Virus record (IMG/VR): IMGVR_UViG_3300022936_000021
Location: 1 to 36,317 of that record
Direction: 5' to 3' (one strand)
Length of the DNA: 36,317 nt
Source: a virus
Lineage: Duplodnaviria > Caudoviricetes
The notes beneath the pieces were generated by a model, which worked only from the letters and a program-made list of their open reading frames with translations, had not been told where the DNA came from and searched no databases. The translations under genes were made by a program, and so were the position numbers. Positions 8,671-15,241 of the stretch are shown piece by piece; within the stretch, counting starts at the first letter, position 1, and each line of letters begins with the position of its first letter.

Positions 8671-8879
8671 CCGATGAACTCCTGCACTTCTCGCTGGTGT
8701 ACTTCGCCATGCAGCGCATCGTTTAGCTCATGATATTGCGCTGTGAGCAATCCTAAGCTACCTAGAACACGTTTAATCTCTGCACATAGGTGTTCAGGCG
8801 TTTGGTTTGCTAGAATCTCCTGACGGGTAAGTCCTGATACGTTTTCTTGGTATGCGTCTTCGTTAATGATTTCTGTCAT
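8667..8879 (-). CDS. Hypothetical protein, first gene of the leftward operon
   Basis: AAGAAAGGA SD and promoter upstream. Confidence 0.7.
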   Translation of the reverse strand: MTEIINEDAYQENVSGLTRQEILANQTPEHLCAEIKRVLGSLGLLTAQYHELNDALHGEVHQREVQEFIG

Positions 8880-8906
8880 TGTGTATCCTTTCTTTAAGAT
8901 ACTACT

Positions 8907-8935
8907 ATAGTATCACAGTCGAGTTAGTAAGTAAA
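8907..8935 (-). promoter_or_regulatory. Early promoter with operator-like motif
   Basis: TTTACT-N17-TACTAT overlapping TAACTCGACTGTGATA. Confidence 0.7.
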
Positions 8936-8974
8936 TAGTAGCAGCTAGGCTATTTTTAGACATACTTAATAGTA

Positions 8975-9439
8975 TCAGGATTCTTTATGTACGTAGTTCC
9001 TTAGCTTTACTTTGTTGCTACCTTTGACTCTCGTAAATAAATCGGCTCTATATAGCCAATACAGGTGTACTTCTTTAGTTGGTGGAACCCTATCTAATCT
9101 TCTTTTTTTACCTACCCATTTACTGAACTCATTAATAAGTTTTAGATAAAATAGTATTGTTTCTTCGTTGAGTATCACTAATTGTTCAGCACTTTTAGTT
9201 AAGTTGCAATCTCGACATGTAGCAAATAAATTATAGTAGTTAGCCTTGCCACCCCTATAAACTGGTAAGAGATGGTCTAAATGACCTGACATATCAATAG
9301 CATCACCACAAAAGAAACATTTATTATTTTGAACTTTTAGTCTCTTTTTCATATAGTAATTACGATCAAAATTTCTTTCTAACTTTCGTTCTTCACGTGT
9401 AGTACGTATAGAAACGGGTGATTGATTGAAATAATACAT
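8975..9439 (-). CDS. HNH endonuclease (McrA-like Zn-finger type)
   Basis: CFFC..HLDHLLP..GG..NL...CRDCN.TK. Confidence 0.85.
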   Translation of the reverse strand: MYYFNQSPVSIRTTREERKLERNFDRNYYMKKRLKVQNNKCFFCGDAIDMSGHLDHLLPVYRGGKANYYNLFATCRDCNLTKSAEQLVILNEETILFYLKLINEFSKWVGKKRRLDRVPPTKEVHLYWLYRADLFTRVKGSNKVKLRNYVHKES

Positions 9440-9443
9440 AATT

Positions 9444-9728
9444 CTATATTGTTTTATTCAGTTCTTGCTTCAATAACCAGCCAAATAACGACGAAGGTTT
9501 ATTGCCCTGTCTTGCCATACCTGCAATAGCTGTGTATTTACCCTCACCTAATGTTTTAAAGGCTTTGCAATACCAAGCAGTCATATCGTTAGGTTCGGTT
9601 GTTGATGTAAGCCCTGCTGCTATTGTTAATGCTCTAGTCTGAATATCCAAACTAGTTAACTTGTTACTAGTTACTAGTTTTTCTAGTTCCTGTTTCCTAG
9701 TAACTAGTTGTGAGAGGTCATTTATCAT
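9444..9728 (-). CDS. Small candidate replication-associated protein
   Basis: Contains clustered CTAG repeats; C-terminal WYCKAF..ARQGNKPSSLFGWLLK; position next to the control region; function is inference. Confidence 0.45.
   Translation of the reverse strand: MINDLSQLVTRKQELEKLVTSNKLTSLDIQTRALTIAAGLTSTTEPNDMTAWYCKAFKTLGEGKYTAIAGMARQGNKPSSLFGWLLKQELNKTI
9651..9710. repeat. Cluster of six CTAGT/ACTAGT short repeats (iteron-like)
   Basis: actagttaac ttgttactag ttactagttt ttctagttcc tgtttcctag taactagttg. Confidence 0.6.
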
Positions 9729-9814
9729 CTCTAAAAATCTCCAATACATGGTTAATAGATACGAACTTCTAATTGTTTCGCTTGATAGTCGGCCGACTGT
9801 TAATAAAAGGCACC

Positions 9815-9837
9815 AAAAAACCGCCTACAAGGGCGGC
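9815..9837 (-). terminator. Attenuator-type terminator in the leader of 9728
   Basis: GCCGCCC-TTGTA-GGCGGT-TTTTT on the minus strand. Confidence 0.75.
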
Positions 9838-9963
9838 ATTGGTTACGAAGTAATTCTCACTTATTATTTTAGCGTAGAATACTTACCATTGCAAGCCCTA
9901 TATAGAGTTTTCTAATTAGACTTACAAATGGATTTTGAGAATTCTTCGTAAGTCTTAAATATT

Positions 9964-9992
9964 AGTATACATCCATAAGCTTAATTTTTCAA
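9964..9992 (-). promoter_or_regulatory. Sigma70-type promoter
   Basis: TTGAAA-N17-TATACT. Confidence 0.75.
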
Positions 9993-9995
9993 CCA

Positions 9996-10030
9996 TAAAA
10001 TAAGCCGCCCCTGTGAGTGAGGGCGGCTTA
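9996..10030 (-). terminator. Intrinsic terminator
   Basis: Perfect 10-bp TAAGCCGCCC/GGGCGGCTTA stem plus TTTT on the minus strand. Confidence 0.8.
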
Positions 10031-10104
10031 ACGTCTTTATTATAAGCACCACAGTATTATTGTGACTAAAGACATAGGTACGACGATCGAGACCGTTCTT
10101 TCTA

Positions 10105-10206
10105 CAATACAAAAACACACCGTTTAATACAAGTAAATTGGAGGGATAATTTAACTTGCCGGTGTGCTTTAAAATAGGGTATAAGGTACATCTCAGTCGT
10201 GAGATA
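10105..10206 (-). ncRNA. Candidate small RNA B with ATCCCTCC loop
   Basis: Promoter TTTACT-N17-(TGc)TAATAT at 10240-10212; 5' hairpin; long hairpin CACACCG/CGGTGTG ending in a T-run. Confidence 0.5.
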
Positions 10207-10235
10207 GCTATATATTAGCATAAACATTTTTATAA

Positions 10236-10354
10236 GTAAATAAAAATCCACGCAGATAGGTGGGCGACCTGCGTGGATAGATCAGAAGCTGCACAATAGA
10301 TGCACAACTCCCTAAAGCAATCTAGAAATAAGAAAGGATCGTCGATTGCTTATA
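10236..10354 (-). ncRNA. Candidate small RNA A with GATCCTTTCTTATTT loop
   Basis: Promoter TTGAAA-N17-TATAGT at 10388-10360; stems AAGCAATC/GATTGCTT and ATCCACGCAG/CTGCGTGGAT plus T-tail. Confidence 0.55.
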
Positions 10355-10399
10355 GTGATACTATACCTTGTATACTCTTTATTTTCAATAGGATAGGGG

Positions 10400-10428
10400 T
10401 TGAATATATAACTCGACTGTGATATTAT
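10400..10428 (+). promoter_or_regulatory. Rightward early promoter with operator-like motif
   Basis: TTGAAT-N17-TATTAT containing TAACTCGACTGTGATA. Confidence 0.75.
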
Positions 10429-10452
10429 AAGTACATAAAAGAAAGGTATCAC

Positions 10453-10545
10453 ATGAAAATTACAGTGCAATATATCGAAGTAGGCAAGTTATGGCCGCTA
10501 GGAACTACAGATGGAGAAACATATACGATTGGAGTTAGGGCGTAA
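10453..10545 (+). CDS. 30-aa hypothetical protein
   Basis: AGAAAGG SD; TAATG coupling to the next ORF. Confidence 0.6.
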   Translation: MKITVQYIEVGKLWPLGTTDGETYTIGVRA

Positions 10546-10754
10546 TGGAAAATTATATTGAGTATAATCATGACCGTTGGTTTGTAGTTTACAAAGACGG
10601 TGTAATGCGTCAGAAATACAGGAAGAAGAGAACAGCTAATACTTTTGCACAACTTATAGGAGGTACTGTTAGGAGAATGGGTATATTTAATAACCAATTA
10701 GTACCTATGGAAAATATAAAAGTTACTACTATAAAAATGTCAGAGGATTTTTAA
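10545..10754 (+). CDS. Hypothetical protein
   Basis: Coupled ORF. Confidence 0.65.
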   Translation: MENYIEYNHDRWFVVYKDGVMRQKYRKKRTANTFAQLIGGTVRRMGIFNNQLVPMENIKVTTIKMSEDF

Positions 10755-11407
10755 TGAAAGAACCTAAATTTAATACTGCTTTAATTAATGTTATTAACAA
10801 ACTTAAAGCTCCTAAAGGACAATATAATAATTTTGGTAAATATAAATACCGTAACGCTGAGGATATTATCGACGCTGTAAAGCCTTTGCTATTTGAAGAA
10901 GGTCTTCGTATGAAGATTACGGATACTGTTCTGCTTATCGGTGATCGTTATTACGTTAAAGCTACTGTAGTAGTTACTGGTTATGGTGAATCGGATGAAA
11001 CAGATGGATATGCTCGTGAGGCCGAAGAACAAAAGGGTATGAACGATGCACAAATTACAGGCTCTACCAGCTCTTATGCTCGTAAGTATGCTCTTAATGG
11101 TATGTTCGATATTGACGATACTAAAGATGCTGATACTAATGAGTTTAAAGTACAGGCTGACAACACTCCTAAGCAAGTACGCAACCGCCAAGAAGAAGCA
11201 TCACAAGGCGCAGAAGCTATGGGTCAGAGTCTAAACATTCTCGACCAAGCCCGATTAGATATTGGAGAAGAACTTAAACGACAGGGATATAACCGTCCCG
11301 ATACAATGCTTTCATTTATTAAAGGTGTGATTGGTAAGGAAAAGATTGAGACTATTGACGATGCTACGTTAGTCGCTAACGCTTTAGACGATAATACGGA
11401 GGAATAA
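10754..11407 (+). CDS. erf: ERF-family ssDNA annealing recombinase
   Basis: LKAPKGQYNNFGKYKYRNAEDI; QITGSTSSYARKYALNGMF.IDDTKDAD. Confidence 0.95.
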   Translation: MKEPKFNTALINVINKLKAPKGQYNNFGKYKYRNAEDIIDAVKPLLFEEGLRMKITDTVLLIGDRYYVKATVVVTGYGESDETDGYAREAEEQKGMNDAQITGSTSSYARKYALNGMFDIDDTKDADTNEFKVQADNTPKQVRNRQEEASQGAEAMGQSLNILDQARLDIGEELKRQGYNRPDTMLSFIKGVIGKEKIETIDDATLVANALDDNTEE

Positions 11408-11709
11408 TGGAAAAGAGAACGCTTCAACAGAACCGTGCTTTACATAAATATCTGAGTAACTTATCAGACGCACTAAATGAAGCCGGATTAGACCAGCGTA
11501 AGGTTCTCAAACCATCCATTCAAATCCCGTGGACACCAGAAAGCGCAAAATCGTTTCTATGGCATCCAATACAAGAAGCAATGTTTAATAAAGAAAGCAC
11601 CGCCGAACTCGATCGTAAGCAAGTATCTGAGGTATATGAAGTACTCAACAGACACCTTGCTGAAAAGTTCGGCGTAACGACGGGATTTCCGTCAGAGGAG
11701 GATAAATGA
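11407..11709 (+). CDS. NinB/Orf-like recombination mediator
   Basis: RTLQQNRALH..STAELD..(S)EVYE pattern. Confidence 0.7.
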   Translation: MEKRTLQQNRALHKYLSNLSDALNEAGLDQRKVLKPSIQIPWTPESAKSFLWHPIQEAMFNKESTAELDRKQVSEVYEVLNRHLAEKFGVTTGFPSEEDK

Positions 11710-11921
11710 ATGATTTAAACGACAAACAAGTAGGACTTCTAATGAAATCAGCACTTGAGTTTAATGCTAGTATTTTGGTTATTGCTACTAGCTTTTATGG
11801 AAATATGGAATCTAAACGAAACCACATAAAATTTAGAGCAGCTTTAAAAAATGCAGAGAAGCAGTATATAGATCAATTTAAAGAAATTTTAGGCGAGGGA
11901 AGTGGATTGGATAATAAGTAA
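11706..11921 (+). CDS. Hypothetical protein
   Basis: Coupled ORF with GAGGAGG SD. Confidence 0.65.
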   Translation: MNDLNDKQVGLLMKSALEFNASILVIATSFYGNMESKRNHIKFRAALKNAEKQYIDQFKEILGEGSGLDNK

Positions 11922-12115
11922 TGAGTAAAAAATATCGAGTACTAAAGCAAATACCTGGAGCAGAGATAGGTAAAATACTAAGGGTTGTGCAGGGAAGATA
12001 TATGGAAGAAGCATCGGACGGAGACCTTTGCCACTTAGAGTCGTATTCAACAGTAATAGGTTCTTACTTTATAGACAATGCAGTGACTAACGGTTTTATA
12101 GAGGAGGTTAAGTAA
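11921..12115 (+). CDS. Hypothetical protein
   Basis: KYRVLKQIPGAEIG..FIEEV. Confidence 0.65.
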   Translation: MSKKYRVLKQIPGAEIGKILRVVQGRYMEEASDGDLCHLESYSTVIGSYFIDNAVTNGFIEEVK

Positions 12116-12231
12116 TGGATATTGAAACCGCACTACTCGACTTATACGCTCATAGAGCTAAGTACGCAGAAGCAGTAAGAAACAAACTATTAACAGACGA
12201 TCAAGTATATTTTCGCTGGCTATATAACTAA
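12115..12231 (+). CDS. 38-aa hypothetical protein
   Basis: GAGGAGG SD, TAATG coupling. Confidence 0.6.
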   Translation: MDIETALLDLYAHRAKYAEAVRNKLLTDDQVYFRWLYN

Positions 12232-12239
12232 GGAGAAAT

Positions 12240-12467
12240 ATGACAACACACAGCGACAAGATTAAAAAGACAATCATAGAGAAATATGGAGACTGGGACA
12301 CTTACCTGGCACTAAGATACCGTAATCCTAAAGCTAAGGAGGACCAGAAACGTGCAGCAAGCCTTGGCGGTAAAGCGAGTACTAATCGGCCGTTTAAGGA
12401 TGTAGAAAAAGCTAAGGAAGCCTATCGGAAAGGTATTGGCGCAAAGCATAATGGCGCAGGAAAATAA
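12240..12467 (+). CDS. KGG-like (stress-induced repeat-like) small basic protein
   Basis: ASLGGKAS..PFKDVEKAKEAYRKG. Confidence 0.55.
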   Translation: MTTHSDKIKKTIIEKYGDWDTYLALRYRNPKAKEDQKRAASLGGKASTNRPFKDVEKAKEAYRKGIGAKHNGAGK

Positions 12468-12999
12468 GATTTGTCCGAAGTGTTCTGAAAAGGGGCACTC
12501 GGGCTTTTATTGTAAGAACACTCCACGTAAGCCTATGAGAGATAGTGGAAAGCCTGCTAGATCAATAAAGGTAAAAGTACCCGTTAAGAAAAAGAAAGCC
12601 CCTACACGGAGCCAATTAGTGAAGAAGCTAGACGATATATATTCTAAATATGTTCGCTTAGATCAATCAGACGAGTTCGGATATTGTATTTGTGTTACTT
12701 CTGGCGAACGGATGTTCTGGAAAGAAGCTCAGAATGGTCACTTTTTCTCTAGGCGCTTTTACCCTACTAGGTGGAATGATGATAATTGTCACCCTCAAAG
12801 TATGAGAGATAACGTATTTCTAAAGGGAAATTACATAAACTATACCCGTTATATGATAGATAGTTACGGCCGGGATTTTGTAGACGAGTTAGAAAAACTA
12901 GCACATACGACTATAAAGGTTAAAAACGCTGAACTTATAGAGAAAATAGCTTACTATTCAACAGAGGTAGAACGATTAAAACATGAAAAAGGTCTATAA
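12451..12999 (+). CDS. NinG/Rap-like junction endonuclease
   Basis: LVKKLDDIYSKYVRL..GHFFSRR...TRWNDDNCHPQ..GNY..Y...M...YG. Confidence 0.85.
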   Translation: MAQENKICPKCSEKGHSGFYCKNTPRKPMRDSGKPARSIKVKVPVKKKKAPTRSQLVKKLDDIYSKYVRLDQSDEFGYCICVTSGERMFWKEAQNGHFFSRRFYPTRWNDDNCHPQSMRDNVFLKGNYINYTRYMIDSYGRDFVDELEKLAHTTIKVKNAELIEKIAYYSTEVERLKHEKGL

Positions 13000-13014
13000 A
13001 GTCAGTGGAAAGTA

Positions 13015-13043
13015 TTGACTTTTACTCGACCATGATATATACT
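13015..13043 (+). promoter_or_regulatory. Promoter with partial operator motif
   Basis: TTGACT-N17-TATACT; spacer contains ACTCGACCATGATA. Confidence 0.75.
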
Positions 13044-13049
13044 AAAGAC

Positions 13050-13355
13050 ATCCTAAGAAAGGATAACAAAGAAAAGCTGGCACTCAAGTAGTTATATCGC
13101 CACAGTGCATATCGACCAGCTAATCTTTACACTCGGCTACCCCTACCGCACAATACTACCTACTAAGGAGTGCAAGCCTCCCATGAGATAGCGTCAAGTT
13201 ATGCGGTAAAGGTAGCTGAGAAAACAATTAACAATTAAGCGTATGAAACCGGTAATAAGTTCGAGCGTGAATGAGGCTTGAGGGTGTTATAGGTCGTCAT
13301 TCTGAAACCCCTATGCGAAAGTTAAATGCTTACTGCCGGTATCATACGCTTAATA
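13050..13355 (+). ncRNA. Structured leader/ncRNA cluster of three long stem-loops
   Basis: AGCTGG/CCAGCT, CTCGGCTACC/GGTAGCTGAG, ATTAAGCGTATGA/TCATACGCTTAAT closing helices separated by A-rich linkers. Confidence 0.55.
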
Positions 13356-13373
13356 AAAAGAAAGTGGGACAAT

Positions 13374-13577
13374 ATGTCAGACAAAAACAAAACAAAGAAC
13401 GAAAAATGGTCTAAACTCCAAACTACAGGATTTTGGGTATTGATCGCAGGACTAACATTATTTTGGAGCGGTGTATACTTTGGAACACAAGCAACACTCG
13501 CTTCACAGGCTCATGAAGCTACGGTCAAAGCACAAGCTGTTGAAGACTATAAGCAAACGTTAAAAGACGAGCAGTAG
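13374..13577 (+). CDS. Single-pass membrane protein (67 aa; zero-frame product of a frameshifted gene)
   Basis: TM segment GFWVLIAGLTLFWSGVYFG; ends inside a pseudoknot. Confidence 0.75.
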   Translation: MSDKNKTKNEKWSKLQTTGFWVLIAGLTLFWSGVYFGTQATLASQAHEATVKAQAVEDYKQTLKDEQ

Positions 13578-13618
13578 CACCAAAGCCGTCACAGGCTACT
13601 GTAGAAGAAAAGACGGTT
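13559..13618 (+). promoter_or_regulatory. Putative -1 ribosomal frameshift signal (slip site plus pseudoknot)
   Basis: G TTA AAA (13559-65), 5-nt spacer, S1 13571-78/13595-602, S2 13584-90/13612-18. Confidence 0.7.
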
Positions 13619-13975
13619 GAACCTATACAAGAGACTGTTATTGTTCCAGAAGTTCATATAGAGCCGCTTAAGCCTGTTGTAGCTCAATCTAGCATAGAGC
13701 AAATAGTGAGGGAAGCAGCTCGCAAGTATGGTATCAGCGAGGACTATTTTGTGAGCATAGCAAAGTGTGAGAGTACAATGAACCCAACTGCAGTTAATAA
13801 GGCCTATTATGAGAATGGACACCCTAGCGGTTTGTTCCAGCACATTTCAGGTTATTATCCAGCAAGGGCTCAGAAATACGGTTACAGTACGGACGTATTT
13901 GACGCATATAGCAACGCAAACGTAACTGCAGCAATGTTTGCAGACGGTTTAACTAATTTATGGGAGTGTAAATAA
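13565..13975 (+). CDS. Pro/Glu/Val linker plus SLT/Rpf-like lytic transglycosylase domain (-1 frame)
   Basis: IAKCES (catalytic Glu), SGLFQ, D..SN; frame open from 13553 with no SD-led start. Confidence 0.8.
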   Translation, partial: RRAVAPKPSQATVEEKTVEPIQETVIVPEVHIEPLKPVVAQSSIEQIVREAARKYGISEDYFVSIAKCESTMNPTAVNKAYYENGHPSGLFQHISGYYPARAQKYGYSTDVFDAYSNANVTAAMFADGLTNLWECK

Positions 13976-14236
13976 ATGGACAGCACTATTGAGTTGATAA
14001 AAGAAATTGAACCTGAGATGCGTTGGCACAATGATGAGTTGTTAGTTTTCTTCTATGGTTTTCAAGTAGAGGACGTTATGCAGGCATTGTCAGATGATTG
14101 TGCCAGTATATTCGACGATGGAGGCTTAGAAGTCTACATGAAAGACGGTTATATTGTTATGGACATGGCAGAAGTATTTGAGTATTGCGGTGAAGACCCA
14201 CAGATTCTATTGAATAAAAAAGAAGAAGATGATTAG
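13976..14236 (+). CDS. Acidic hypothetical protein
   Basis: GGAG SD; FDDGG motif. Confidence 0.7.
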   Translation: MDSTIELIKEIEPEMRWHNDELLVFFYGFQVEDVMQALSDDCASIFDDGGLEVYMKDGYIVMDMAEVFEYCGEDPQILLNKKEEDD

Positions 14237-14249
14237 TATAATTACACAG

Positions 14250-14430
14250 TTACCGAAGTATCCCCTATAGATACGAGCCATAGCAATGCACCTGTTGCTG
14301 GTAACTTAAACAAACGCTGCTTAGTTCTTATTGGGGCACTTGAGCGGCGAGCTAGTATCTATATCTAACGATAGGTTGGGCTAGACCCTATAAAGTCCTA
14401 CTCTGTGACAAACTGATACTAGCTTCATGA
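14250..14430 (+). ncRNA. Candidate structured RNA (multibranch)
   Basis: TATAGATAC.AGC/GCT.GTATCTATA helix enclosing two G-U-rich hairpins; no intact ORF. Confidence 0.45.
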
Positions 14431-14440
14431 AAATTATAAA

Positions 14441-14470
14441 TAAGCACCCTTACCGGGTGTTTTTTATTTT
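14441..14470 (+). terminator. Intrinsic terminator
   Basis: AAGCACCC-TTACC-GGGTGTTT plus T-run. Confidence 0.8.
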
Positions 14471-14475
14471 GCTTA

Positions 14476-14504
14476 TTGCTATTTTTATCACAGTCGTGTA
14501 TTAT
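14476..14504 (+). promoter_or_regulatory. Promoter with inverted operator motif
   Basis: TTGCTA-N17-TATTAT; TATCACAGTCG in spacer; followed by AAGTACATA as at 10429. Confidence 0.75.
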
Positions 14505-14533
14505 AAGTACATACCAAATAAGAAAGGGTCACA

Positions 14534-14725
14534 ATGAATCAACTACAATTTGAAGCAAAGAAACTTATCGTAGAGGGAAGCAGCCTAGATGACTTTAACA
14601 TTTTTGTTGTCGGTTTCGATGAGAGTGAAGTACTTAGTCAGTTCAGCGTTAAAGAGAAGCTAGAGAGCGTCGATAAGAGCGATATTCTTGATTACTTACA
14701 CGCTTTAAAGTTGGAGGAAGAGTAA
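14534..14725 (+). CDS. Hypothetical protein
   Basis: AGAAAGG SD. Confidence 0.7.
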   Translation: MNQLQFEAKKLIVEGSSLDDFNIFVVGFDESEVLSQFSVKEKLESVDKSDILDYLHALKLEEE

Positions 14726-14853
14726 TGGACTGGGATGAGGGCACAGAATTGGCTAATATGTTGGCTTATAAGCAATACGAGGAAGAAAACAACATTTGTC
14801 TTATGTGCAATGAACCACTAGATGATTGCTTTTGTTTGGAGATGTTCTTATGA
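14725..14853 (+). CDS. 42-aa Cys-rich protein (CxxC..CxC)
   Basis: GGAGG SD; CLMCNEPLDDCFC. Confidence 0.6.
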   Translation: MDWDEGTELANMLAYKQYEEENNICLMCNEPLDDCFCLEMFL

Positions 14854-15083
14854 CAAAGTTATCTCAAACAGGTCAGATCCTAAAGTACCTAAAAGAACAC
14901 GGCTCAATGACCAATGCAGATATGTGGAATAGACGCATCCAACGAGGCTCAGAGCGCATTAGGGAGCTCAAAAGGGAAGGGTATATAATTGTTACTAACC
15001 ATGTTAAAGGCTCTACGTGGGAATATATCTATAAAGGTCATGAAGACGAGCAAGAAAAGAAGAAAAAATGGTGGCAGAAATAG
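14850..15083 (+). CDS. Winged helix-turn-helix DNA-binding protein
   Basis: QILKYLKEHGSMT..SERIRELKREGYII. Confidence 0.75.
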   Translation: MTKLSQTGQILKYLKEHGSMTNADMWNRRIQRGSERIRELKREGYIIVTNHVKGSTWEYIYKGHEDEQEKKKKWWQK

Positions 15084-15241
15084 ATCCTCGGAAAGTAAAG
15101 GTACATTGGACTCATCTTGTACGGATTAAGAGCCTTTACAAAGAGGGTTATACCGAAGAAGAGCTATCAATCGCATATAAGTTACCAATATGGTATATAA
15201 AAGGGCTTACAATACGAATTAAGAAGCCGGTAAGGATATAG
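15068..15241 (+). CDS. Small HTH-like protein (57 aa)
   Basis: IKSLYKEGYTEEELSIAYKLPIWYI. Confidence 0.55.
   Translation: MVAEIDPRKVKVHWTHLVRIKSLYKEGYTEEELSIAYKLPIWYIKGLTIRIKKPVRI

Noticed and set aside
9651-9710. CRISPR or mini-array
   Set aside because: Repeats are only 5-8 nt with no spacer-length intervals; no array was seen anywhere in the window
9661-9915. 84-aa plus-strand ORF
   Set aside because: Antisense to the 9444-9728 gene and its structured leader; TTG start without SD
13132-13220. tRNA gene
   Set aside because: One T-arm-like hairpin, but no cloverleaf, D-arm or TTC motif
13234-13354. Hammerhead ribozyme
   Set aside because: CGAAA is present but the CUGANGA core is not (CTGAAAC)
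13706-13975. Stand-alone 89-aa transglycosylase starting at GTG
   Set aside because: No SD, and the frame extends 51 codons upstream through a linker to a slip site and pseudoknot
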